A DNA stretch of 64,000 bases from Macrostomum hystrix. Lineage: Eukaryota > Animalia > Platyhelminthes. The stretch covers positions 7,626,001-7,690,000 of the forward strand of contig CATNEN010000039.1 of assembly GCA_950097015.1 (NCBI GenBank), read 5' to 3'. Position numbers and translations under genes: made by a program. Numbering within the stretch: the first letter of the stretch is position 1; each line of letters opens with the position of its first letter. The notes under the pieces were generated by a model. That model searched no databases. It worked only from the letters and a program-made list of their open reading frames with translations, and was not told the DNA's origin. Shown here one piece after another: positions 54,009 through 64,000 of this stretch.

Positions 54009-54488
54009 ATGTAAAGTTTATGTTTTGTCAAACAAAATATTTTGTACCAAAAATTGTAGAAGAAACTGTTTTTTACAAGCTGTGCTGGCAAAATCGAGTG
54101 AGTGGCCATTTATTTAATTAGTTGCTCAGATAACTAACGGTTATTTTCCATCTCAAGATTTTGTCTTCGCACAAATTCGAATCTGTTCCTGAGAAATAGA
54201 ATAATTAAGTTACTATTTTCCGGGAGTACAGGACTTGAGGTTCTAGCGGTTGGACAAATGACTACACATTTCTAATTCGTTTTCTTGTGTGCGATGTTTT
54301 CCGGGGAAAAATACAGCAATGAACTCGATGGGTTAGATGAGAATCGGAAAAATACATCAGGTGTAGAGGGTAGGGAGATGACTGTTGTGGGTGGAGATGT
54401 CAGTTGTAGTGGAGATGTCAGTTCCGGGTCAGCTGGCTTGGAGAAGTGGAAGCTGTGCGGCCTGAGCCCTTAATCTAGCAAGTGGTCG

Positions 54489-56217
54489 TCAGTGCGTCCA
54501 GGCTGAGAATCCCAGGCGGGGATCCGCCCACTTTTCATCTCCTTCATCCTCGTCCAAGAAAGCAGCACCTTCGCGCTTGCCGCTGCTGCCGCCGCCGCTC
54601 ACGGTCATTGGCGAGGGCGCGGCGCTGCTGCCACCGCTGCTGCGATTCAGCTGCTGCTGCTGACACGGCCTGTTCTGCCTGTCGTCCATTCCGTCGTCGT
54701 AGTCAGGCTCCGGCTCGTCAATATCGGAGAGTCTGACAATGGACTGGCGCCGGATGTAAGCCCCGTTGGGCGCCTGGCTGCTGTGGGCCAGCGGCTGCTC
54801 GCTGCAGCGCAGGCGCGCGTTGCCATGGCTACGGCGCAGGGTGTCATAGTCTCTGGGCGGGTGCAGCAGAGGTGCTCCGTCTCCGCCGCGGTTGTCCAGT
54901 CGGTTGCGCAGCTCGTGCGCCAAGGAGTGAGCCATCGAGCCCAGGTTAATTGCCGGCTGCTGCTGCTGCTGCTGCAGGTGCTGATTCGCTAAAACGCCGT
55001 TTCTAAATGGAACGATTGGTTTGCGGCAGATGTGTGGGTTCGCTGATTATTATTTTATGTTAGATTTCTCGAAAAGGCGCTATACTCAGTGCTCACCGAG
55101 CAAAAGTTTGGGCGCACTCTGACCCCAGTGCGTCACTCTGCGCGTGAGGGTGCAAACAAAACTTTTCCGCTGGCTTCTGGATTGCTGGCTGCTGCTGCTG
55201 CTGCTGCTGCTGCTGTTTGGCAGCGGCATCAGCAGCGTCGGCAGCAGCAGCCAGACAAGATGCAAATTTAGCAACCGTCTCATAGCTAGCTCCGTCGCAG
55301 CGCCAGGCGTGAGCATGAATGAAGCAGTTTGAGTCCTCATTGTAGCCTGCGGGTTGCGATTTATTTGCCTTTGCGGAAGTTGCGAAAGTTTTGAGGCTCA
55401 AACTTATACGGTCGACAATGAACTGGGATTTGGACAGCCTCAGCAGGGATTCAGGCACAGCTTCATGTGTGATTCAGACACAGCTTCAGGTGTGATTCAG
55501 ACACAGCTTCAGGTGTGATTCAGACACAGCTTCAGGTGTGATTCTGACACAGCTTCAGGTGTGATTCAGACACAGCTTCAGGTGTGATTCAGACACAGCT
55601 TCAGGTGTGATTCAGACACATCTTCAGGTGTGATTCAGACACAGCTTCAGGTGTGATTCTGACACAGCTTCAGGTGTGATTCAGACACAGCTTCAGGTGA
55701 GATTAGGCACAGCTTCAGGTGAGATTAGGCACAGCTTCAGGTGAGATTAGGCACAGCTTCAGGTGAGATTAGGCACAGCTTCAGGTGAGATTAGGCACAG
55801 CTTCAGGTGAGATGAAGCACAGCTTCAGGTGAGATTAGGCACAGCTTCAGGTGAGATGAAGCACAGCTTCAGGTGAGATTAGACACAGCTTCAGTTTGCC
55901 TTCTCACCGTTGAGCACAATGCCAAACACGAGCAAGTCTCTTGGGTGAAGGCCCACCCAGTCGATGTCAGCAAACGGCACCATTGCGGCAGGGTTTCTGC
56001 CACCGCGCGCATCTGCTTCGTCGAACTCCGTCAGGGTCAAGCATCCGGACTTCTCGCTCACTGTCAGTCGATGTCGCCGACACTGGGCTGAGCGTTGGCC
56101 ATTGAAGGGCTGCAGCTGCCTGCTGAGCAGTTCGTTGAGCACTGAGATTGCAGGTGTTGTTGAGTCCACTGGCAGCCACCCCAGGTAGGAGGCCTCAATA
56201 GCGGCTCTGTGGGACAT
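54489..56217 (-). CDS. Adaptor protein with a probable N-terminal PTB/PID-like domain and a disordered Gln-rich tail
   Basis: Exons 55908-56217, 55097-55346 and 54489-55002 join in phase. PTB-like pattern ASYLGWLPV..VLNEL..LTVS..IDWVG.HP.D..VFGIV..HAWRC; an EPDY motif in the tail. Confidence 0.7.
55445..55895. repeat. 22/23-bp minisatellite in PTB-gene intron 1
   Basis: (CACAGCTTCAGGTGTGATTCAGA)n then (CACAGCTTCAGGTGAGATTAGG)n. Confidence 0.94.
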
Positions 56218-56991
56218 TTGCGGCTCGCAGAAAATCGATAATTGCCTTTTCTAGGAAACTGGAATCTGCACTGGAACTGCGGCCTGTGTGCCGCTCGTTT
56301 ATTATATCCAGCTTATTTTCTACGAGCTGAATGGAAAGAAATATAGAAGACGCACAGAGTACAGTTGCTCTTTTTCGCTTCTCTCTTCTGACCAGCGTGT
56401 CTTACCTTCCCTTGCGCGGCAAATGTTCGCCTTCTATTGCTTCTAATCTTTTTCTTTAAGCGCAAGCCCGCATCAGGGGCCGCGAACAATGAGACTGATG
56501 AAGGCGCGGCATTGTTCTTAATGGGGTTTTTGATAGTTGCATCGCTGAATAGTCACAAAACCCCGGCTAAATACTTTCCGCAGCCCCCGCCAATATCTGC
56601 CTTGCTTTCTAAGGTTGCCGAGCTCTAATAAGAGTAGCATGAATGAACTCAAGCTGAGAGAACTTTGTGCTCACTTGTCTAAACGCAATAATTGAGTCAT
56701 ATATTCTTTAAAGTGGATGATAACTTGCTTTGAAGGGGATAAATAAATAAATATGGAGCCAGCACTTTCAATGCGTGAATGTGTACAGCTGTTTAGTCCG
56801 TGGACTTAGAAGGCCGCCAGACAGACCCAGTTTCTTCCCTAGACGATGCCGATACTCATTCAACCGACTAAATAAACTATAGACTATATAAATAAACAAC
56901 GAGCTCCTATATAAACTAAATAAGGGTGCTGCTCTAATGGCATTAACTGTTTCCCTTGGACTCAGATTTGAACTTCTGACCATAAACCATG

Positions 56992-57525
56992 CAGCGATTA
57001 ACCAGCGATTAACCAGCGATTAACCAGCGATTAACCAGCGATTAACCAGCGATTAACCAGCGATTAACCAGCCAGCAACCAGCCAGCAAGCAGCCAGCAA
57101 CCAACCAGCAAACATCCAGCAACCAGTCAGCAACCAGTCCAGCAACCAGCCAGCAAACAACCAGCAACCAGTCAATACTAGCCAGCAAGCAGCCAGCAAC
57201 CAACCAGCAAACATCCAGCAACCAGTCAGCAACCAGTCCAGCAACCAGCCAGCAACCAACCAGCAAACATCCAGCAACCAGTCAGCAACCAGTCCAGCAA
57301 CCAGCCAGCAACCAACCAGCAAACATCCAGCAACCAGTCAGCAACCAGTCCAGCAACCAGCCAGCAACCAGTCAGCAACCAGCCAGCAAACAACCAGCAA
57401 CCAGTCAATACTAGCCAGCAAGCAGCCAGCAACCAACCAGCAAACATCCAGCAACCAGTCAGCAACCAGTCAGCAACCAGCCAGCAAACAACCAGCAACC
57501 AGTCAATACTAGCCAGCAACCAGCC
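56992..57525. repeat. (CAGCGATTAAC)n plus a compound CAGCAACCAG array
   Basis: Read directly. Confidence 0.92.
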
Positions 57526-58144
57526 TGCTGGTGTGCGGAGACAGTGGGACAGAATCTAAACGCATTTTGCTTGCAATATTTTTATATTTTTATTTGCAAA
57601 TGGGAATAACTTTCATGCCATCAATAAATGCACGCAGTTTCTCGAAAACGAGTCCGCATTAAAGAAGCATGTGTACTATTGATCGCTTGAATATGATCTA
57701 ATTAGCATAAATGCATGCGCTTTTTGTTCTCAAACATGGCATGCAAATCTTATTCACAACCGAAATGTAGGTCTCCTCATTTTCCCATCTCTAACCGAAG
57801 CGATTTCGCGACACATCCTTCGGTCTAGAGGCGGTTGATGCAGCAACTGTGCCTCATTGGCTGGTAAGACTGTTGCGCTGGCTGTAAGGGGGTTAGTTAC
57901 CATGTAACCAAACCAGTGTATAAGTAGTGAAAGTTTCAATTCCGCTTCAGTAATAGTCTGATTGGTTCCTTGCAGCACTGCAAACAAGTTGTCAAGTTTA
58001 CTTTGGAATACTTTTGTTGAGGTACGGCTTCCTTCGCTGCTTAAACTGTAAGAACAGAGATACGGGATCGTGTTTATTTAATTGAAATAGTCGAAGACGA
58101 GACAACCTAGGCGATTGTTGTTTAAGACTAAGACGCACCTGTTA

Positions 58145-60155
58145 GTGTCACCAGTCAGTCAGGAGTGTCACCAGTCAGTCAGGAGTGTCACCAGTCAGTC
58201 AGGAGTGTCACCAGTCGGTCAGGACTGTCACCAGTCAGTCAGGAGTGTCAGCAGTCAGTAAGGACTATCAGCAATTAGTCAGGACTGTCAGCAGTCAGTC
58301 AGGAGTGTCACCAGTCAGTCAGGAGTGTCAGCAGTCGGTCAGGAGTGTCACCAGCCAGTCAGGAGTGTCAGCAGTCAGTAAGGACTATCAGCAGTTAGTC
58401 AGGACTGTCAGCAGTCAGTCAGGAGTGTCACCAGTCAGTCAGGAGTGTCAGCAGTCGGTCAGGAGTGTCACCAGCCAGTCAGGAGTGTCAGCAGTTAGTC
58501 AGGACTGTCAGCAGTCAGTCAGGACTGTCAGCAGTCAGTCAGGAGTGTCACCAGTCAGTCAGGGCTGTCAGCAGTTAGTCAGAACTGTCAGCAGTTAGTC
58601 AGGAGTGTCAGCAGTTTGTCAGAACTGTCAGCAGTTAGTCAGAACTGTCACCAGTTAGTCAGGAGTGTCACCAGTTAGTCAGGACTGTCACCAGTCGGTC
58701 AGGACTGTCACCAGTCGGTCAGGAGTGTCACCAGCCAGTCAGGAGTGTCACCAGCCAGTCAGGAGTGTCACTAGTTAGTCAGAACTGTCACCAGTTAGTC
58801 AGAACTGTCACCAGTTAGTCAGAACTATCACCAGTTAGTCAGGACTGTCACCAGTCGGTCAGGAGTGTCACCAGTTAGTCAGGAGTGTCAGCAGTTAGTC
58901 AGGACTGTCACCAGTTAGTCAGGACTGTCAGCAGTTAGTCAGGAGTGTCACCAGTTAGTCAGGGCTGTCAGCAGTTTGTCAGGGCTGTCAGCAGTTAGTC
59001 AGGACTGTCAGCAGTTAGTCAGGAGTGTCAGCAGTTAGTCAGGACTGTCACCAGTTAGTCAGGACTGTCAGCAGTTAGTCAGGAGTGTCACCAGTTAGTC
59101 AGGGCTGTCAGCAGTTTGTCAGGGCTGTCAGCAGTTAGTCAGGACTGTCAGCAGTTAGTCAGGAGTGTCAGCAGTTAGTCAGGACTGTCACCAGTTAGTC
59201 AGGACTGTCAGCAGTTAGTCAGGAGTGTCACCAGTTAGTCAGGGCTGTCAGCAGTTTGTCAGGACTGTCACCAGCCAGTCAGGAGTGTCACCAGTTAGTC
59301 AGGGCTGTCAGCAGTTTGTCAGGGCTGTCAGCAGTTAGTCAGGACTGTGAGCAGTTAGTCAGGAGTGTCAGCAGTTAGTCAGGAGTGTCAGCAGTTTGTC
59401 AGAACTGTCAGCAGTTAGTCAGAACTGTCACCAGTTAGTCAGGAGTGTCAGCAGTTAGTCAGGACTGTCACCAGTTAGTCAGGACTGTCAGCAGTTAGTC
59501 AGGAGTGTCACCAGTTAGTCAGGGCTGTCAGCAGTTTGTCAGGGCTGTCAGCAGTTAGTCAGGACTGTCAGCAGTTAGTCAGGAGTGTCAGCAGTTAGTC
59601 AGGACTGTCACCAGTTAGTCAGGACTGTCAGCAGTTAGTCAGGAGTGTCACCAGTTAGTCAGGGCTGTCAGCAGTTTGTCAGGGCTGTCAGCAGTTAGTC
59701 AGGACTGTCAGCAGTTAGTCAGGAGTGTCAGCAGTTAGTCAGGACTGTCACCAGTTAGTCAGGACTGTCAGCAGTTAGTCAGGAGTGTCACCAGTTAGTC
59801 AGGGCTGTCAGCAGTTTGTCAGGACTGTCACCAGCCAGTCAGGAGTGTCACCAGTTAGTCAGGGCTGTCAGCAGTTTGTCAGGGCTGTCAGCAGTTAGTC
59901 AGGAGTGTCAGCAGTTAGTCAGGAGTGTCAGCAGTTAGTCAGGACTGTCACCAGTTAGTCAGGACTGTCAGCAGTTAGTCAGGAGTGTCACCAGTTAGTC
60001 AGGACTGTCAGCAGTTAGTCAGAAGTGTCAGCAGTTAGTCAGGACTGTCACCAGTTAGTCAGGACTGTCAGTAGTTAGTCAGGAGTGTCACCAGTTAGTC
60101 AGGACTGTCAGCAGTCAGTAAGGACTGTCACGAGTCAGTCAGCAGTGTCAGCAGT
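58145..60155. repeat. 2 kb 20-bp minisatellite directly upstream of the neuropeptide gene
   Basis: (GTCAGGACTGTCACCAGTTA)-type units, ~100 copies. Confidence 0.97.
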
Positions 60156-60203
60156 TGATCTAAATCGATATATGAACAGTTTATGAACAGTTTCACACGC
60201 AGA

Positions 60204-61045
60204 ATGAACTTCAAGCCCGATCTGATTCTGCTGCTGCCATTGCTGCTGTCGCTTCATTTCTGCAACTGCTGCTTTGTCAACAATTGCCCGCCTGGCGGGA
60301 AGCGCAGCTTTGCTGGTGAGCGGCGGACGATTCTTGAAGCTGATAAAGTTTCTTTGTTGAAACTTTCGAATTATAATTTTTGCGCTTTGCTAATCTATTG
60401 AGATCTCACTGAGATTGCCGAAATCCCACCCTGACTGTTTCAGATGTGTGTGCATCCTGCGGTCCTCCCGAAATCGGTGGCGTCTGCGTCACCAGCCGAC
60501 TCTGCTGCGGTCGCTTCGGCTGCCGAATGGCCACCGTTGACTTCGACGAGTGTCAAGCGGCTTCTGACTGGCAAATCGACGGATGCCGACGGAGACTTGC
60601 CGTCAGCGGTTGCCTCGGCCAGGATGAGGGCCGATGCGTTGCTCCTAGAGTGTGCTGCGTTGGCGGTGAGTGGCTGACTGACTGACTGACTGACTGACAG
60701 ACTGAATGACTGACTGACTGACTGACTGACTGACTGACTGACTGACTGACTGACTGACAGACTGAATGACTGACTGACTGACTGACTGACTGACTGACTG
60801 ACTGACTGACTGACTGACTGACTGACTGACTGACTGACTGACTGACTGACTGACTGATTGACTGACTGACTGACTGACTGACTGACTGACTGACTGACTG
60901 ACTGACAGACTGAATGACTGACTGACTGACTGACTGACTGACTGACTGACTGACTGACTGACTGACTGACTGACTGACTCATCTCACCTTTCCAGAGAGG
61001 TGTTCAGTCGCTAAGGAATGTTATGAAGATCTTCTACTCAACTGA
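60204..61045 (+). CDS. Vasopressin/oxytocin-type preprohormone (nonapeptide CFVNNCPPG-NH2 plus neurophysin), 127 aa
   Basis: Exons 60204-60315, 60444-60665, 60996-61045 (both introns phase 1, GT-AG). Signal peptide MNFKPDLILLLPLLLSLHFCNC, CFVNNCPPG (60270-60296), GKR, then neurophysin CASCGP..C..CCG..GC..C..C..C..GRC..CC..C..C with 14 Cys. Confidence 0.95.
60674..60979. repeat. (CTGA)n microsatellite filling neuropeptide intron 2
   Basis: Read directly. Confidence 0.98.
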
Positions 61046-61238
61046 TTTATCGGCGATTGCTTTGATGAAGGCACTGAGAGCACTTTCGAAATAACCTGAG
61101 TTTTTTTGTTTGACAAAAAAATACACTGAAGCGGAAAACTAGAGCCCTTTGAAAACTTTTTGACACTAAAAGTCACTGCAGTTGTTTTTTATGAAAATTA
61201 TATTTTTTGTTGTCTCGGTCTCGATAACAGTCGCTATT

Positions 61239-61777
61239 TGTTACCCGACAGTGGTCTCCCTACAGTTAAAACTGGGTGTTGGACTACAGCAATTTGCACT
61301 TTTATTTGAGACGATGAAGCAGATTGAGAATCGTCTATGTCCACAACCTCTGCTGCTTGTATAGGATCAAGCCCAAAGTACACTAGCTTTGGTAGCTTAG
61401 AATTGCTCAACAGGTGCGCTAGAGTTAGACCCTAAAAGGCCAAGCTAGAGGCTAGCCACTAAATTGGGTCGTCTCTGTCATCTGACTCAGAAGTAACACT
61501 GGCGACGACAGCGGTACCAATCGAGCCCTTGGAGTTCGAAGCGCCGGCCGAGATTGGACGCTGGCTTCAACGTTTCGAGGCAGTCGCTAAGCTCAACAAA
61601 TGGGACGATACTGCGGTGAAATATGCCTTCATCGCATAGCTCGGTAAGCGAGCGTTCAATATTCTCGCTGACGCCCTGCCACCAGTCAAACCTGAGGACA
61701 AGTCATACGCAGAATTGAAAGGCATCCTAGAGAAAGAAACTGGGACTGCGAAATCCGGCCTGGCGCACAGGTACACC
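61239..61777 (+). mobile_element. Older Gypsy (Mag-like) element: 5' LTR, PBS and disrupted gag start
   Basis: 260-bp LTR TGTTAC...GTAACA (61239-61498), PBS TGGCGACGA (61500), gag-like RWLQRFEAVAKLNKW..FIA*LGKRAFNILADALPPVKPEDKSYAELKGIL. Confidence 0.85.
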
Positions 61778-64000
61778 TGTTGTATATGAATAGTAGCGAG
61801 TCAGCCAAGTTAGTATCCGAAACTTTCACGCCAAGTTGGCTCTCAGTATTTGGACTATATATATTCTGCGCCAATCGATATCAGAGGTGTACATGTACGA
61901 ACTATGTACGTGCATTAATCAACTGCACAACATTCACCTTCCCTTTCAAAGGATAGAGCAACGAAAATAATTATGCAAATATTGAGCAGGAAATAAAAGT
62001 GCATTACCAAGCATCGAAGGAGTAAAATGATCTTTTTATGCAACAAGTACTTCAAAGAGAATTAAATCGAAACAGCTGATCGCTAATAACAGCTGAATAA
62101 CCGTCACTAATAAACGAGTCAGTGAGTCACGATTTCACCGTACCATTGCGGCGGCGCTCGCGGCCTTGAGCTCACTCGGATCGCTGTCTGGGCTGGCTGC
62201 TGCTGTCTCGCTGGGTCTGCCGCCGTCGCCGCCTCCGCGGCTGTCCCGGCTGCGCTGGGAGCCGGCGCTGGCCAGTGCGGCAGCGCTCCGGCTGGCCGCG
62301 GTACCCGGACGCAGTTGTCGACGTGCCAGCGGGAGCCATCGCTGAGGATGACGGTGGTCGCGCTCGCAATCCGGGAGATCTGCCGTGGCTCGGACAGGTG
62401 GCTGCTCAGCTTGCCGCGGGCGAACGGCCGCTTCACGCGCACCCAGTCGCCGACTATGAACGTGGGCGGCGGCCTCCGGGTCGTGTTGAGCTGATCGAAA
62501 ACGCGCTGCTGCCTCCGCTTGATGCTGGCCGCCAGTCTGTGCCGCGCTGTTGTCCTTGGCTGCAGAGCTGTCAACGGGGTGCTGATCTTCCGGCCTGTCA
62601 TGAGCTCCGCCGGTGACACTCCAGTCAGTGCATGTGGGGTGGCCCTGTACGACCACAGCAGCGTCTTCACCGCGTCCTTGAAGTCGTAGCCCTCCTCTAG
62701 GTGCGTCTTTAGGCCGTCCTTGAGAAAACGGTTGAAGCGCTCTACGGCCGCGTTGCCCTGGGGGTGGTCGTGCGGTGACTGCCGGTGCCGGATGCCGCAG
62801 CGCTGAAGAAAATCCTCGAAATCGCCGGACACGAACTGCGGACCTCCGTCTGTTTTAATGCTCTTCGGCAGGCCCCAGCGGCTAAACCACGTTGTCAGGG
62901 CGTCGATGACATCCGCGCTTGTGACAGTCGACATGCAGGCAGCCTCCGGCCACTTTGAATGCAAATCGTACAGCACCAGGATGAAGCGACAGGAGTTCGG
63001 TGCAGAGTGCAGCTCCCCGAAGATGTCGAGCTGGAGTTCCTCCCATGGACGCGTCGGCCACTTCGTAGGGGTCAGGACCGTCTTGGGTGGCTTAAAGTTC
63101 TTCTCGCTAAGCAGGCAGGCCTCGCAATGTCGCACAAATTCCTCGATATGCTGATCGATTTGCGGCCACCAGACTGCGTCCCGGCAATGCTGCTTCATTT
63201 TGCTCACGCCGAGGTGCCCGAAATGCGCCAGCTGCAGCGTCTTCTCCCTCAGGGATGCGGGGATTACTGCTCGGGTGCCGTTGGCCAGGCACTTGCCGTC
63301 ATTCCAGAGCGCCAGTTGCGTCCGCATCCTCCAGAACGGCTGCAGCTCCGGCTTCAGCTGCTTGATGGAGTTAGGCCACCCCTGGAGCGTCATTGTGACC
63401 GCATCATTGATCACCGGGTCCTGCAGGGATGCCTCGGCCAGTTCGCTTGGACTGACAATCTCCAGCGCGCCCGACAGCAGTACGGCATTCACTTTGAGCT
63501 CGGTCGAGTCCTCTTCGCTTTGCCTTGGACATTTTGCTCCGAGAGCGCCGTGGCGCGACAAAAAATCTGGCACGATGTTCTTCTTGCCAGGAACGTGGCA
63601 GACTTGGAAGTCGTACGCGAGCAGGCGGTCGGCCCATCGATGAAGCCGCAGAGGCCGGTGGCCGCTGCCTTGAGCCGTCAGCAGCGTCGTCAGAGCCTGG
63701 TGGTCCGTGTGCAGCTCGAATCTCCGGCCGAACAGGAAATAGTGCCATCTCTCGCACGCGAAGATGCACGCGAGAGCCTCTCTCTCTGATGCGGAGTACT
63801 TGCGCTCGGTCGCTGACAGGGTCCTTGACTCGAAAGCGACTGGTCTTCGAACCCCGGCGCTGTCGTCTTGAATCAGCACGGCCCCCAGAGCGTGCGCGGA
63901 GCTGTCGCAGGCCACGATGATCTTGTCGTCGGGACTGAAGAATCGCAAGCATGTTGGGGACACCACCATCTTCTTGAGCCTCCAAAAGGCCTTTTGGCAA
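61778..64000 (-). mobile_element. Younger Gypsy LTR retrotransposon: 3' part with PPT and 155-bp 3' LTR
   Basis: LTR TGTTGT...ACAACA (61778-61932), polypurine tract GAAAGGGAAGGTGAA immediately inside it, uninterrupted pol. Confidence 0.93.
62119..64000 (-). CDS. pol: Gypsy pol polyprotein (RNase H and integrase), 5'-truncated by the window
   Basis: RNase H CDSS..LGAVL..YSASEREALA..TDHQ; integrase HHCC (HFGH..CEAC) and D,D(35)E (LQLDIF, TDGGPQF, AVERFN). Confidence 0.95.
   Translation of the reverse strand, partial: CQKAFWRLKKMVVSPTCLRFFSPDDKIIVACDSSAHALGAVLIQDDSAGVRRPVAFESRTLSATERKYSASEREALACIFACERWHYFLFGRRFELHTDHQALTTLLTAQGSGHRPLRLHRWADRLLAYDFQVCHVPGKKNIVPDFLSRHGALGAKCPRQSEEDSTELKVNAVLLSGALEIVSPSELAEASLQDPVINDAVTMTLQGWPNSIKQLKPELQPFWRMRTQLALWNDGKCLANGTRAVIPASLREKTLQLAHFGHLGVSKMKQHCRDAVWWPQIDQHIEEFVRHCEACLLSEKNFKPPKTVLTPTKWPTRPWEELQLDIFGELHSAPNSCRFILVLYDLHSKWPEAACMSTVTSADVIDALTTWFSRWGLPKSIKTDGGPQFVSGDFEDFLQRCGIRHRQSPHDHPQGNAAVERFNRFLKDGLKTHLEEGYDFKDAVKTLLWSYRATPHALTGVSPAELMTGRKISTPLTALQPRTTARHRLAASIKRRQQRVFDQLNTTRRPPPTFIVGDWVRVKRPFARGKLSSHLSEPRQISRIASATTVILSDGSRWHVDNCVRVPRPAGALPHWPAPAPSAAGTAAEAATAADPARQQQPAQTAIRVSSRPRAPPQWYGEIVTH

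Noticed and set aside
55445-55895. CAG|GTGAG splice motif in the array units
   Set aside because: It is antisense to the host PTB-like gene, so it is not counted as a functional splice array
60183-60401. Unspliced 72-aa ORF as the neuropeptide precursor
   Set aside because: It runs into intron 1; the phase-1 donor at 60316 joins the neurophysin exon correctly
62959-63920. Plus-strand ORFs over the Gypsy pol
   Set aside because: Antisense shadows of GC-rich coding sequence

Overview
Eukaryotic, intron-rich animal DNA. It is most consistent with a free-living flatworm such as Macrostomum; this is an inference from the minisatellite-filled introns, CAG/GCN-rich exons and very short introns. 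I assembled eight spliced genes by hand from GT/AG sites and protein motifs: a Runx factor (-, truncated at the window start), an HDHD5/CECR5-like HAD hydrolase (-), a divergent TTLL (TTLL10-like) enzyme (+), RNF10 (-), a MATH-BTB/SPOP-like adaptor (-), ZNF800 (+), a PTB-like adaptor (-) and a complete three-exon vasopressin/oxytocin-type preprohormone (+; nonapeptide CFVNNCPPG-GKR plus a 14-Cys neurophysin). There is also one weak unknown gene fragment. Mobile DNA comprises a tRNA-derived SINE family (7 copies, two hit by other retroelements at the B box), a solo LTR, a 5'-truncated LINE, a TTAA MITE, a two-copy TIR element, mariner and other transposon relics, and two nested Gypsy elements. 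About 20 private tandem arrays sit in introns and flanks; several have units made of splice-signal motifs or have captured neighbouring sequence. No CRISPR array, rRNA gene or true tRNA gene is present. Exon coordinates are manual and need RNA-seq confirmation.
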